NCBI GenBank assembly: GCA_965214875.1
Contig: OZ243980.1
Coordinates: forward strand, 2,299,058-2,363,057
DNA from: Arenicellales bacterium
GTDB taxonomy: Bacteria > Pseudomonadota > Gammaproteobacteria > Arenicellales > JAJDZL01
Length of the DNA stretch: 64,000 bases
Direction: 5' to 3'
Part shown: positions 1-9,001 of the stretch, in pieces
How the letters are laid out: each line of letters starts with the position of its first letter
How positions within the stretch are numbered: position 1 is the stretch's first letter
Translations under genes and position numbers: made by a program
Notes under the pieces: model-generated
Databases searched by the model: none
Told to the model about the DNA's origin: nothing
The model's input: the letters and a program-made list of their open reading frames with translations, nothing else

Positions 1-1
1 G

Positions 2-1081
2 CGCGTTATGCGAGCCGAAGGATCGGCATTTGCGGTATGGGCGAAATCCTATCGCAAACAAAAAAACGCCGAGCTTGAACACGGCGAGGCAACCGGACAT
101 GCGCAAGCATCTATCGTAGCGATGCCAATTGCTGGCGCGACTGTGTTGATAGGTGTGACTGCATACGAGCATCCATCGGCGTCAATCGGAGTATTTTTGT
201 TTGTATTTGCCTTTTTGATGGTCTTTTACAGCGAATTGGCAAGGCTGAGTAGCGCTCTGGAGTCGTTTATGGCGGCCCTGATCTCCCTCAACCCGATTCG
301 CCAGTTTCTCAAGGAGCCGGCGCAGACAAACTCAACAGCAAACCCGATAGAACACCTGACGGGGGATATTCATCTGGATCGAGTCAGTTTCCGCTACGAT
401 GCAGACGGTCCACTAATCCTTGACAATATATCGATTCGCACCCATCCAGGTGAATTCGTCGCAATCGCAGGCGAATCCGGCTCCGGCAAGAGCACCCTGT
501 TCAAGCTAATGCTTGGCATCAACGATCCGATCAGCGGCACCATCTATTACGACGGGTGCGACTTGCAGCAAATAAATAAAAGGCAGCTATACCGAAAGAT
601 CGGCACAATACCGCAGAATGTGCAACTATTTCCGGACGATATCTGGGATAACATAACAGCCGACAACATTCATGCTGATGCTGATCAAGTATGGAACGCT
701 GCGCGTCTGGCCAAAGTGGATCAGGATATCTATCCGATGCCAATGAGAATGATGACGCACGTCGGAGCAGGAGGAAGCGTGGTTTCCGGAGGCGAAGCTC
801 AGCGAATCATGATTGCCCGCGCCTTGTTGAAAAATTCAAGGATTCTGATTCTGGATGAAGCAACGAATTGGCTGGATAATGAAAATCAGGCAGCGATTAT
901 GGAAAATATCGCGAACTTGAATGTTACGCGCATTGTGATCGCTCACAGACTGTCCACACTGCGTCAGGCTGATCGCATCTACATACTTGATTCAGGGCAA
1001 ATTGCCGAGCAGGGAAGCTACGACGACTTGATGCAAGCGCAAGGAATATTCTATCGACTAGTTTGCCAGCAATTGGCTTAG
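2..1081 (+). CDS. ABC exporter, fused permease/ATPase, C-terminal part (5' end lies outside the window)
   Basis: The ORF is open from the window edge. A hydrophobic TM stretch (IAGATVLIGV..FLFVFAFLMVF) is followed by an NBD with Walker A GESGSGKST, a signature-like VSGGEAQR, Walker B ILILDEATNWLD and H-loop IAHR. Confidence 0.85.
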   Translation, partial: RVMRAEGSAFAVWAKSYRKQKNAELEHGEATGHAQASIVAMPIAGATVLIGVTAYEHPSASIGVFLFVFAFLMVFYSELARLSSALESFMAALISLNPIRQFLKEPAQTNSTANPIEHLTGDIHLDRVSFRYDADGPLILDNISIRTHPGEFVAIAGESGSGKSTLFKLMLGINDPISGTIYYDGCDLQQINKRQLYRKIGTIPQNVQLFPDDIWDNITADNIHADADQVWNAARLAKVDQDIYPMPMRMMTHVGAGGSVVSGGEAQRIMIARALLKNSRILILDEATNWLDNENQAAIMENIANLNVTRIVIAHRLSTLRQADRIYILDSGQIAEQGSYDDLMQAQGIFYRLVCQQLA

Positions 1082-1480
1082 CTTGAAGAAAGAGAACCCG
1101 TTTGCATTAATTTTGGAAAACCTAAAACCTTTACCCAGAAATACCGCCTTGCCCAGACCTCGGGCATCCTGGTCACTTTTGACCGTGATTGTCCAAGTTG
1201 CCGCTCAAAACCGCGGCTGTCGAACATGGCGGAAGCGACAAACGCACCATGATCCACGGTCAAGCCTATCCTGATTGATGACCCCGGAGGGCATAATGGC
1301 CCGGAATCCGGACCTTCGGCCTCTATGCCCATCCATTGAAACGGTCAGAAACACCTGAAAAAGGCGGAATTTTGCGAAAACCGGTCGTGTCTCAGTTTGA
1401 AAATCATCCCATTTTGCAGGTTGAAATGGGTATAATGTTCAATCATTCAACCCGGAGATGAAGAATGAGCGTCTTGCATA

Positions 1481-1490
1481 CCCCCCCCCC
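1481..1490. repeat. Homopolymeric C10 tract between two ATG codons and the downstream secreted-protein ORF
   Basis: Read directly: positions 1481-1490 are ten consecutive C. ATG1458 and ATG1465 both run into stops just after the tract (TAG 1497-1499, TAA 1492-1494). Confidence 0.95.
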
Positions 1491-1513
1491 ATAAGTTAGG
1501 AAACCTCCTGCTC

Positions 1514-2155
1514 TTGCTCCTGCTGCTGGCAGGGCTTGCGGTGCCGGCCGCAGCGCAGACGACCGTCACCAGCAGCGGCCGAGACGGTCCCACGGCTTGC
1601 CTGGATCAAACGCAGGTCAATGCTGGGAATCTCCCCATAACGGCCTTATCCACAACCAGCGTGACTTTCACTAATCCGACTATCACATGGAACCAGTACG
1701 TCGGGCGGCTCGGTGATGTGACACCGCCTGCAAAGGCGTTTGTGTCGTTTGGGGTTTACAACGCCGATACAGATTCATTAATAGGGAGAACATTCGTTAC
1801 CCTTAGAAGCGGTCAGTCGTTCAGTAGCCGGACCATAAACCGAAGTGGCTTGGCCGCGAAGACTGTTTATTATTTGGAAGCTACTGTGCAGGCACAAGAT
1901 GCAGACAGTAATCCAGTCCAGAGTATACCGGATCAGGTGTTTGCCCGGCGCTGCTTCATGACGGGCGGCACCTACACCATGAATAAAGCCCCTGGAACAA
2001 CTCATGAAAATAACTTTAACAGCGGGTGCTACTCGATCAGCCCCCTGACCCGGCAGCATGTCCTCAACTGCTGGTGCGGGCGCAAGACCACCCTGCCCCT
2101 GTTCAGCTTGCCCCAGAACAACACCGATTTCCTGAACAGGTGGGGATGCCGCTAG
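1514..2155 (+). CDS. Hypothetical secreted protein with a Cys-rich C-terminus; the true N-terminus is probably upstream, across the poly-C tract
   Basis: The 213-aa ORF begins at a TTG directly inside a signal-peptide h-region (LLLLAGLAVPAAAQ) and has 7 Cys in its last ~90 aa. I recognise no family. Confidence 0.5.
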   Translation: MLLLLAGLAVPAAAQTTVTSSGRDGPTACLDQTQVNAGNLPITALSTTSVTFTNPTITWNQYVGRLGDVTPPAKAFVSFGVYNADTDSLIGRTFVTLRSGQSFSSRTINRSGLAAKTVYYLEATVQAQDADSNPVQSIPDQVFARRCFMTGGTYTMNKAPGTTHENNFNSGCYSISPLTRQHVLNCWCGRKTTLPLFSLPQNNTDFLNRWGCR

Positions 2156-2688
2156 CGGCCATGACAGCCTGACGCGGGCGCGGCGGCATCCGGGCTGTCC
2201 CGGTCGTTGCGGACCGCAGGCGCCGCCATCTTCCGGATGCTGGCGGCGCCTGCGGGCGCATTCCTGGATGCGTCGAAACCTCGTCGGCAAAGCCTGCAAG
2301 GACATTTTCAAACTGAGACGCTATCCGAAAATCGTCAAATCCGGAGTAGTGAGAAGCCCCGTGAGCGCACTTCGGGAGGTGGTTGGCATTTGGGCCCACC
2401 AGCGAATGCTGGCCATGCGGTTCCTCCGGTCGCCCCCCTCTCCCGACTCTCATACTTATCTGGTTTTATACTGCCTCCTTCCCTGACCGGCTTTCATGCT
2501 TCCAGTCAGGGGACGCTGTCCTGGTAGCAGCGGCAACGCCGGTGTCAGGGGCCGAAAGCGCAGGATGCTTTGACATGCCTGATTTTCGGACGCGCGTCAT
2601 GGCGAAAATCCGACGGGGCCGCCCGGGGCGTACCGCGAATGAGGGTCGCTACACGGATGTTGAAACAATCACGGGGACCGAGACTGGA

Positions 2689-2979
2689 TCATCTGCAGGA
2701 GGATCGCCTGGATGCGCTAGCCATGATACGAAAGGATATCTGGCACCTTGCCGGTTGCGTCGCCAGCCGGCGGCTATGGAAGCTTGTGATCTCTCTAAGG
2801 GCAGAAGGTGTTCCGACCAGCGCCAGAAACGCAAAGCCCGCGGCTAGCACGGCTATCGTTATCGCGGTCTGGGCGATGCCGAATCCGACTGTCCAACGTT
2901 GATTGTCCTTGTCGCGCCTGGCCATCTGTTCGGCCAGCCGGGCGATATCGGTCTTGCATCCCTGCTTGCGGGTCTCCAT
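2689..2979 (-). CDS. Small hypothetical protein: charged helical N-terminus plus one TM segment
   Basis: GGAG lies 7 nt upstream of the ATG. The sequence METRKQGCKTDIARLAEQMARRDKDNQRW is followed by the hydrophobic GFGIAQTAITIAVLAAGFAFLALVG. The C-terminal ~40 aa look non-protein-like, so the 3' end is uncertain. Confidence 0.35.
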   Translation of the reverse strand: METRKQGCKTDIARLAEQMARRDKDNQRWTVGFGIAQTAITIAVLAAGFAFLALVGTPSALREITSFHSRRLATQPARCQISFRIMASASRRSSCR

Positions 2980-3075
2980 TTTCTACTCCATGATGGCAAT
3001 CCGTTCCGATAATTCATGGTTGGCGAACCTTATGATGCCGCACTAGTGAAGGCGTAGAATGCGCAATTCGCGGTG

Positions 3076-3873
3076 CTAATCAAGCTCAAGAACATCTTGC
3101 ATGTCATACAGCCCTGCCGACTTGCCGCTCAGCCACTTTGCGGCTCGCATTGCTCCCATGGCGTAATTCATGCGACTGTTCGAGCGGTGCGTTATCTCCA
3201 CTCGCTCCCCTTCCGAAGCATACATGACCGTATGGTCGCCAACAATGTCACCAGCTCGAATCGTCGCAAACCCGATCGACTTTCGATTTCGCGCGCCAGT
3301 CTGCCCATGACGCGCAAACACGCCATCGACATCAAGCCTGCGACCAAGCTCATGCGCAACAATCTCGCCGAATTTCAATGCGGTGCCCGACGGGGCATCC
3401 GCCTTTTTGCTATGATGCGCTTCAATCACCTCAACATCAACCGAATCGCCAAATGCTCGTGCGGCTTGACGAACTAGATTCATGCAGACATTAACGCCAA
3501 CACTCATATTTGGCGCATGTACAATCGGAATGGTTTCAGACGCTTGTTTGATTCGGTCCAGATGCGCGGCTGTAAATCCGGTTGTGCCGATAACCATATG
3601 CCTGCCCCTGTCGACGCAATGGCCAATATGGCGAATCGTGGCATCGGGCGTGGTGAATTCGATCAATGTGTCAAACTCGCACTCATCAATGGCACCGCTT
3701 ACCGCAACCTGATTGGGACCAATGCCGGCAATAGATCCAGAGTCGACACCGATCGCTTCGCTGCCGGCATGCTCCAAAGCAGATCCAAGGACAGCAAAGT
3801 CGGTTTGCTCGATCGCCTGGATCAATGTCTTGCCCATACGGCCTGCGCAGCCTGAAACACAAATCTTTATCAT
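3076..3873 (-). CDS. dapB: 4-hydroxy-tetrahydrodipicolinate reductase
   Basis: N-terminal Rossmann motif VSGCAGRMGK and the diagnostic EAHHSKKADAPSGTA motif, in a typical 265-aa length. Confidence 0.95.
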   Translation of the reverse strand: MIKICVSGCAGRMGKTLIQAIEQTDFAVLGSALEHAGSEAIGVDSGSIAGIGPNQVAVSGAIDECEFDTLIEFTTPDATIRHIGHCVDRGRHMVIGTTGFTAAHLDRIKQASETIPIVHAPNMSVGVNVCMNLVRQAARAFGDSVDVEVIEAHHSKKADAPSGTALKFGEIVAHELGRRLDVDGVFARHGQTGARNRKSIGFATIRAGDIVGDHTVMYASEGERVEITHRSNSRMNYAMGAMRAAKWLSGKSAGLYDMQDVLELD

Positions 3874-3907
3874 TTTGCTTTTCCTTCCACTTGATTAGAT
3901 TCTCGCA

Positions 3908-4591
3908 ATGCTCGAACATGATTGGAACGTTAGCATTGCGCAAGCTAAAGCGATTCAGCAAAGATTATCGCAAAAGATTACGTTGCAAGATGACTTCGGT
4001 GACATCCGGCACGTTGCCGGGACCGATGTCTCCATCGGTCGAAGCAAGAAATTTGCCTACGGCGTCGTGGTCGTTCTATCTTTTCCCGAACTTGAAATCG
4101 TTGATCGTGTTTGCGCCCGCCTGCCGCTCGAATTTCCCTATGTGCCTGGGTATCTATCGTTCCGCGAGGCACCTGCCTTGCTTGATGCATACGCCAAGCT
4201 CTCCATCATGCCCAATCTTCTGCTTTGCGACGGCCAAGGCATCGCGCATCCGCGCAGATTCGGTATCGCCTGCCATCTTGGGTTGCTGACCGACACCCCG
4301 GCAATCGGCATTGCAAAATCCAGGCTCATCGGCACCCACCAAGCACCCGGACCCGACAAAGGTTCAGCAGTCGCGCTTTATCACAACAATCAGCAGATCG
4401 GCAATGTGCTTCGTTCTCGAAAGTCGGTATCGCCCATCTACGTATCGCCTGGACACAAGATTTCCTGCGAATCTGCACTTCGGTTCGCACTTCAATGCTG
4501 CAGAAAATACCGCCTGCCAGAGACAACACGGCAAGCTCACAGATTTGCGACAAATGTCGCCAAACAGCGCACTACAAATCTTGACGCTTGA
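3908..4591 (+). CDS. nfi: Endonuclease V
   Basis: At 227 aa, the N-terminal A..Q..L and the HVAGTDVS, GYLSFRE and LCDGQGIAHPRRFGIA motifs are typical of Nfi. Confidence 0.9.
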   Translation: MLEHDWNVSIAQAKAIQQRLSQKITLQDDFGDIRHVAGTDVSIGRSKKFAYGVVVVLSFPELEIVDRVCARLPLEFPYVPGYLSFREAPALLDAYAKLSIMPNLLLCDGQGIAHPRRFGIACHLGLLTDTPAIGIAKSRLIGTHQAPGPDKGSAVALYHNNQQIGNVLRSRKSVSPIYVSPGHKISCESALRFALQCCRKYRLPETTRQAHRFATNVAKQRTTNLDA

Positions 4592-5291
4592 TGACCGACT
4601 TTGCCGGAGTCATGCGTATTTCATCGACGACCGTGCCGGCACGCAGCTTTAAAACGGAACAAGCCATCTCGGCAACATCGTCCGGTTCAACATAATTCTC
4701 CGGCTCGTCCCCGTGCGTGAATCCAGCCTTGTCGTAGAACGCAGTTCTCGCCATTCCAAGATTAATGATGCTCACCCGCACCCCGCTTGCAGCGCACTCT
4801 TGACGCAAAACCCTTGCCGCGCCAAGCAGGCCAGACTTCGCCGCAACATAGGCTGAACCGCGACGCCCGCCCGATAACGCCGACTCCGACCCGATAAAAA
4901 TCATATCTCCCCTGCCACTGCGTTTCATCGAAGGCATCAAAGCTTTGGCAAAGCACAGTTGCGCCGTCAAGTTGGTGTCGATTAAATCGCGCAGCTGCTC
5001 GTAGGAAAACTCCTCTAAATTGCCGAACCGGCCATACCCGGCGCAGAAAATCGCAGCACTGAAAATTGGCGCTCGTTCGAGCATCTCAGACAGGCAGCTG
5101 CCGAGTGAAGCCAAATCCGAAATATCAATCGTTTCGTGGACGTATTCGGGATGATCAAGCATCGCCTGAGCCGCCATTCGCCTCGAAACCCCGTAAACCC
5201 CATACTTGTCCGCAAGTAGCCGACTCGCAATCGCCAGCCCGATACCGGAACTTGAACCCGTCACAAGCGCATGATGTTTTGTATCGCTCAT
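4572..5291 (-). CDS. SDR-family oxidoreductase
   Basis: TGSSSGIGLAIA cofactor motif and a YVAAK (YxxxK) catalytic motif. The start overlaps the stop of the upstream radical SAM gene by 4 nt. Confidence 0.85.
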   Translation of the reverse strand: MSDTKHHALVTGSSSGIGLAIASRLLADKYGVYGVSRRMAAQAMLDHPEYVHETIDISDLASLGSCLSEMLERAPIFSAAIFCAGYGRFGNLEEFSYEQLRDLIDTNLTAQLCFAKALMPSMKRSGRGDMIFIGSESALSGGRRGSAYVAAKSGLLGAARVLRQECAASGVRVSIINLGMARTAFYDKAGFTHGDEPENYVEPDDVAEMACSVLKLRAGTVVDEIRMTPAKSVIKRQDL

Positions 5292-6289
5292 TGGACAATC
5301 GTCGCTTCGTATATCTTTTTTGAATCAATATATTGACTAAGCTTATTGATGCACCAGCTGAGCATTTCGCGCTCTATGGCTCGCGGATAGGACACCATGC
5401 CATCGGATTGCTCGAATGGCAAAGCAAGAAACTTGCTATCGGGATACAGATTCGCCATTTTCTTGTGAAACCCGCGCGGCAAGCGGAAAGCCCCAACACT
5501 CGCTGAGTGAATCAAGGCATGATCGAGATGCCCAAATACCATTTCGAACAATTTCCCGTAGGCTTCTCTGTATGAGCCTTGGTAGATCATCGGGTCAAAC
5601 CGCAGACCGATCTTCCATCCAGCACTTTGCAGACTGGCCATCGCTTCGATTCTTTTTTTTACACTCGGCACCTTATCCTCTAGCTCGCTAGAAACCTCCT
5701 GAGGCGTAAGGCTGAATGCGACGATCACATTTGAAGATGGCGCACGGCCAAGCAACGAGCGAATCTGGGTGCTTTTTGTACGAAGCTCCAGCATTGCACC
5801 GTGATAGCGCTCAAAAGCTTCGATAAAGTAGTTTGCAAGTCCCGCCACCGGCTCCATCGCAAGACTATCGCAGTCGTACCCCGAAAAGAAATGCACCTCA
5901 TCGGCATCATCATGCTTGTCGAGTGTCGTTTCAATGGATTTTCGAAATGCATCAAAGTTGACGAACAAGACGTGATTCGCCGACCGGTACATGCCCTGCA
6001 AGAAGCAGTACCGGCAATCGTAGACGCAGTTCAACATTGTCGAAAAATAATAGTTGTGCACACCGCCGACACCGTAGCCGCTCGGAGCCGGCAACACATG
6101 ATTCATTTTCTTTTGCGCTAGAATCAGCGCAGGCCGCCGCTTCTGCAATCTGAAATCTTGCGCATTTCGATTGAACACTTCGGTGTACGAGTCGCAAGGA
6201 ACAAGCCGTGCCTGCGGATATCGGTCAACGATACGCTCAACTTTAGGCAAAGAGCGAACACCGTTTTCGATGTAGATCGTTTGATACAT
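5288..6289 (-). CDS. Radical SAM protein, spore-photoproduct-lyase-like family
   Basis: CVYDCRYC (CxxxCxxC) cluster at aa ~88-95. Overall similarity to the SplB/COG1533-type family is recalled from memory, not searched. Confidence 0.75.
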   Translation of the reverse strand: MYQTIYIENGVRSLPKVERIVDRYPQARLVPCDSYTEVFNRNAQDFRLQKRRPALILAQKKMNHVLPAPSGYGVGGVHNYYFSTMLNCVYDCRYCFLQGMYRSANHVLFVNFDAFRKSIETTLDKHDDADEVHFFSGYDCDSLAMEPVAGLANYFIEAFERYHGAMLELRTKSTQIRSLLGRAPSSNVIVAFSLTPQEVSSELEDKVPSVKKRIEAMASLQSAGWKIGLRFDPMIYQGSYREAYGKLFEMVFGHLDHALIHSASVGAFRLPRGFHKKMANLYPDSKFLALPFEQSDGMVSYPRAIEREMLSWCINKLSQYIDSKKIYEATIVQ

Positions 6290-6291
6290 GA

Positions 6292-7113
6292 CTACCTTTT
6301 ATGCCAGATTGAGCAATGCGCGTCATTCATTGCCTTTAGCACGGATTTTGCCGAACCGAACTGTTCAAAACGCTCAAGATCAGACAGCAATGAAGGATCC
6401 AGCGTCGTCAGTTTTGTCAATCGATCACGAAGAATAGCGCGCTGAGTCGCAGAAAACTTCCATCGATCATGGAACCAGCGCTCAAGATCAGCTTGCGGTG
6501 CACGGCAATCCAACTCAACTGCAAGTGCAAGCAGCGCCTCGGCAAGCTCTTCAATTGCATCGAGCTGATCATCAATCAGCTCCCCGATCATGACATCGGC
6601 AACCTTGGAAGCGGCACTGTCTTTCGTATCGGAGACAACCTTGTAACTCTGCACAATCTCTGAAGTGGATGCACGGCTTGCAGCAGCATAAAAACCGGCG
6701 GCCTCCATGTCGTAGCCTGCATCCTGTCCATAGGCTGTTTCGACCGCATCGACCGTGATGAGTCGACTAGAGGACCACATCCGGTCGAATATCAAAGGCG
6801 GATGCCAAACACGACCCGTAGCGGATTCGCTGATGGAATGAGCGATAAACCCTTCGCCTACATCACGTGATCCATGCCCAGCCACACCGATGTTAAGCCA
6901 TGCGCTCGTTTCTTCGTTACGAGTGCGGCCATGGACATAGCCAACCGTTGCAGCGGAAGCGACACGACCGATACCGCTGACCGATAGACAGATCATGCCG
7001 GATTCATAGAGTACGCCAATCTGCGAGTTTCCATGCCGCCGCTTCAGACCAAATCTACCAATCAACGGTTGCGCTTCAGCCTGGAGCGCTACTACAAGGT
7101 TGATGCTGGTCAT
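6292..7113 (-). CDS. PNP/MTAN-superfamily phosphorylase/nucleosidase-like protein with a C-terminal helical extension
   Basis: The N-terminal INLVVALQAEAQPLIGRF and GIGRVASAA pattern is typical of phosphorylase family 1 (HpnG/MqnB-like). I chose the MTSINLVV start; the ORF-track start is 7143. It overlaps the GT2 3' end. Confidence 0.6.
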   Translation of the reverse strand: MTSINLVVALQAEAQPLIGRFGLKRRHGNSQIGVLYESGMICLSVSGIGRVASAATVGYVHGRTRNEETSAWLNIGVAGHGSRDVGEGFIAHSISESATGRVWHPPLIFDRMWSSSRLITVDAVETAYGQDAGYDMEAAGFYAAASRASTSEIVQSYKVVSDTKDSAASKVADVMIGELIDDQLDAIEELAEALLALAVELDCRAPQADLERWFHDRWKFSATQRAILRDRLTKLTTLDPSLLSDLERFEQFGSAKSVLKAMNDAHCSIWHKR

Positions 7114-7957
7114 TTTGCTGCAGGGATTGATACTCCGCTTCATAGCGCAAGGCGAGCTGCCTCAAATCGCGCAATTCGCTGTGCCGATTTCGTTTCAGAA
7201 CGCCATTGGCATAGATTTCAAGTTTGGCGAGCAGCGCTTTCAGCGTATGCAATCGGTCCTGCACCGTAAGAGCATTTGTATTCAGCACCTTCCGCAAAGC
7301 AGCTATGCGATAAAAATCCATCGCCGGATAGGCGCGAGACAGCTGATCATCGTGTCCTCCATGCTTGATGACAAGCGGTCTGTCGACATATTCGACCAGG
7401 TGACCGGCGCATATTCGAAGCCACATTTCATAGTCTTCACATACTGGCAAGGTTTCGTCAAACCCTCCCACTCGCTCGAAAATGGATCTGTGAATAACGA
7501 CAGCGGAGGGGGATATTGCGCAAAGCGGAAGACAGTACTGATAAATTGAACCGCCTCGCTTGCGGTGCTTGGCTTTGGGATTGACTCTGATGCCGTTTCT
7601 GAGCCAGACTTCGTCACAGTGGCAGATGTTCGATTCAGAATTGAGCGCTAGCATCTTTGCTTGCCAGCTCAACTTGTCCGGCATCCACTCATCGTCTGAA
7701 TCCAAAAATGCCACCCATTCACTTTGACTGAGCCTGATGCCAAGATTGCGGGCGCTGCTGACACCTGAATGGCCTTGACGGACAAACCCTACGGATGGAA
7801 ACTCCGCAACCACCATCGCTTCGGTGCCGTCGGTCGACCCGTCATCGATTACGACAATTTCATCAGGTTGCAAGCTCTGCGAAAAAACCGAAAGCAAAGC
7901 CCGCCGAAGGAAATTCTTTCGGTTATGCGTGGGAATGACAACCGAAACAGAGCGCAT
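7076..7957 (-). CDS. Family 2 glycosyltransferase
   Basis: VSVVIPTHNR, VIDDGSTDGT and LDSDDEW (DxD) motifs. I chose the MRSVSVV start, which lies immediately after the mdh stop; the ORF-track start is 8002. Confidence 0.85.
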   Translation of the reverse strand: MRSVSVVIPTHNRKNFLRRALLSVFSQSLQPDEIVVIDDGSTDGTEAMVVAEFPSVGFVRQGHSGVSSARNLGIRLSQSEWVAFLDSDDEWMPDKLSWQAKMLALNSESNICHCDEVWLRNGIRVNPKAKHRKRGGSIYQYCLPLCAISPSAVVIHRSIFERVGGFDETLPVCEDYEMWLRICAGHLVEYVDRPLVIKHGGHDDQLSRAYPAMDFYRIAALRKVLNTNALTVQDRLHTLKALLAKLEIYANGVLKRNRHSELRDLRQLALRYEAEYQSLQQNDQHQPCSSAPG

Positions 7958-7958
7958 C

Positions 7959-8942
7959 TTAAAGCATATGGCGAATGGCATCCCGCTCTGCGAGCAACTC
8001 ACCTTCGGTCATTTTCATCCGCCGCGCACTGAAATCGTTAATCTGAAGATTCTGTACGATATCGATACGGCCATCGGCGCATGTTGTCGGAAACGAATAC
8101 ACAATTCCCTCCTCTATTCCGTAAGAACCATCGCTGAACACGCCGGCGCTAGTCCAATCATCGGGCGGTGTCCCGTCAGTCCAGATTCGCATGTGGTCCA
8201 CGGCGGCGCTTCCCGCAGAAGCGGCGCTTGAAAGTCCGCGAGCGCCGATGATTTCCGCGCCACGCTTTTGCACACGCGGAATGAATTCGTTCTCCATCCA
8301 GCTAGCATCGACCATTTCGAGCGCCGAAACACCCTTTATCGTCGCATTATGGATGTCGGGATATTGCGTCGCTGAATGATTCCCCCAGATGCACGCATAA
8401 CGTATGTCAGTGGGCGCGCAACCAGTCTTGCCTGCCAGTTGGCTAAGTGCGCGGTTGTGATCAAGACGGGTCATCGCAGCCACCTGCGAGATCTCAAGCC
8501 GCTTGAAGCGACTCGCAGTAATCAATGCATTGGTATTCGCAGGATTTCCGACCACCAGAACCTTGCAATCCAAATGCGCACACCGATCAATCACTGCGCC
8601 TTGGTTGAGAAATATTTCCGCATTGGCTTGAAGCAGATCGCCGCGCTCCATGCCCGGGCCGCGTGGCCTAGCACCTACAAGCAAAATGTAGTCGGCATCA
8701 CCAAACGCTACCTCCGGGTCATCTGTTGTCAAATAGGAGCTGAGCGTCGGAAACGCGCAGTCGTCAAGTTCCATTGCTACGCCGTTTAATGCATTCATGG
8801 CCGGAGGGATTTCCAACAGCTGCAGAGCTACCGGTTGATCAGGTCCAAGCATGCTCCCCGAAGCGATGCGAAAGAGCAAGCTGTAGCTGATCTGTCCCGC
8901 AGCGCCCGTAACTGCGACACGAAGCGGATTTTTCATGTTCAT
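7959..8942 (-). CDS. mdh: Malate dehydrogenase
   Basis: [23 protein letters not shown] Rossmann motif, IWGNHS, 327 aa. Confidence 0.93.
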   Translation of the reverse strand: MNMKNPLRVAVTGAAGQISYSLLFRIASGSMLGPDQPVALQLLEIPPAMNALNGVAMELDDCAFPTLSSYLTTDDPEVAFGDADYILLVGARPRGPGMERGDLLQANAEIFLNQGAVIDRCAHLDCKVLVVGNPANTNALITASRFKRLEISQVAAMTRLDHNRALSQLAGKTGCAPTDIRYACIWGNHSATQYPDIHNATIKGVSALEMVDASWMENEFIPRVQKRGAEIIGARGLSSAASAGSAAVDHMRIWTDGTPPDDWTSAGVFSDGSYGIEEGIVYSFPTTCADGRIDIVQNLQINDFSARRMKMTEGELLAERDAIRHML

Positions 8943-9001
8943 CTACCTGCCATCAAATGTTGTGAAGTGCCGAATTTCGACAGATTAGCCACGAAAAACA
9001 G

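Noticed and set aside
1778-2993. Multiple overlapping 60-177-aa ORFs on both strands (1778-2311, 2103-2453, 2207-2527, 2383-2847, 2570-2902 and others).
   Set aside because: They are mutually exclusive, lie in a GC-rich stretch where long random ORFs are expected, and have no recognisable motifs. Only the small 2689-2979 ORF, which has an RBS, was kept, at low confidence.
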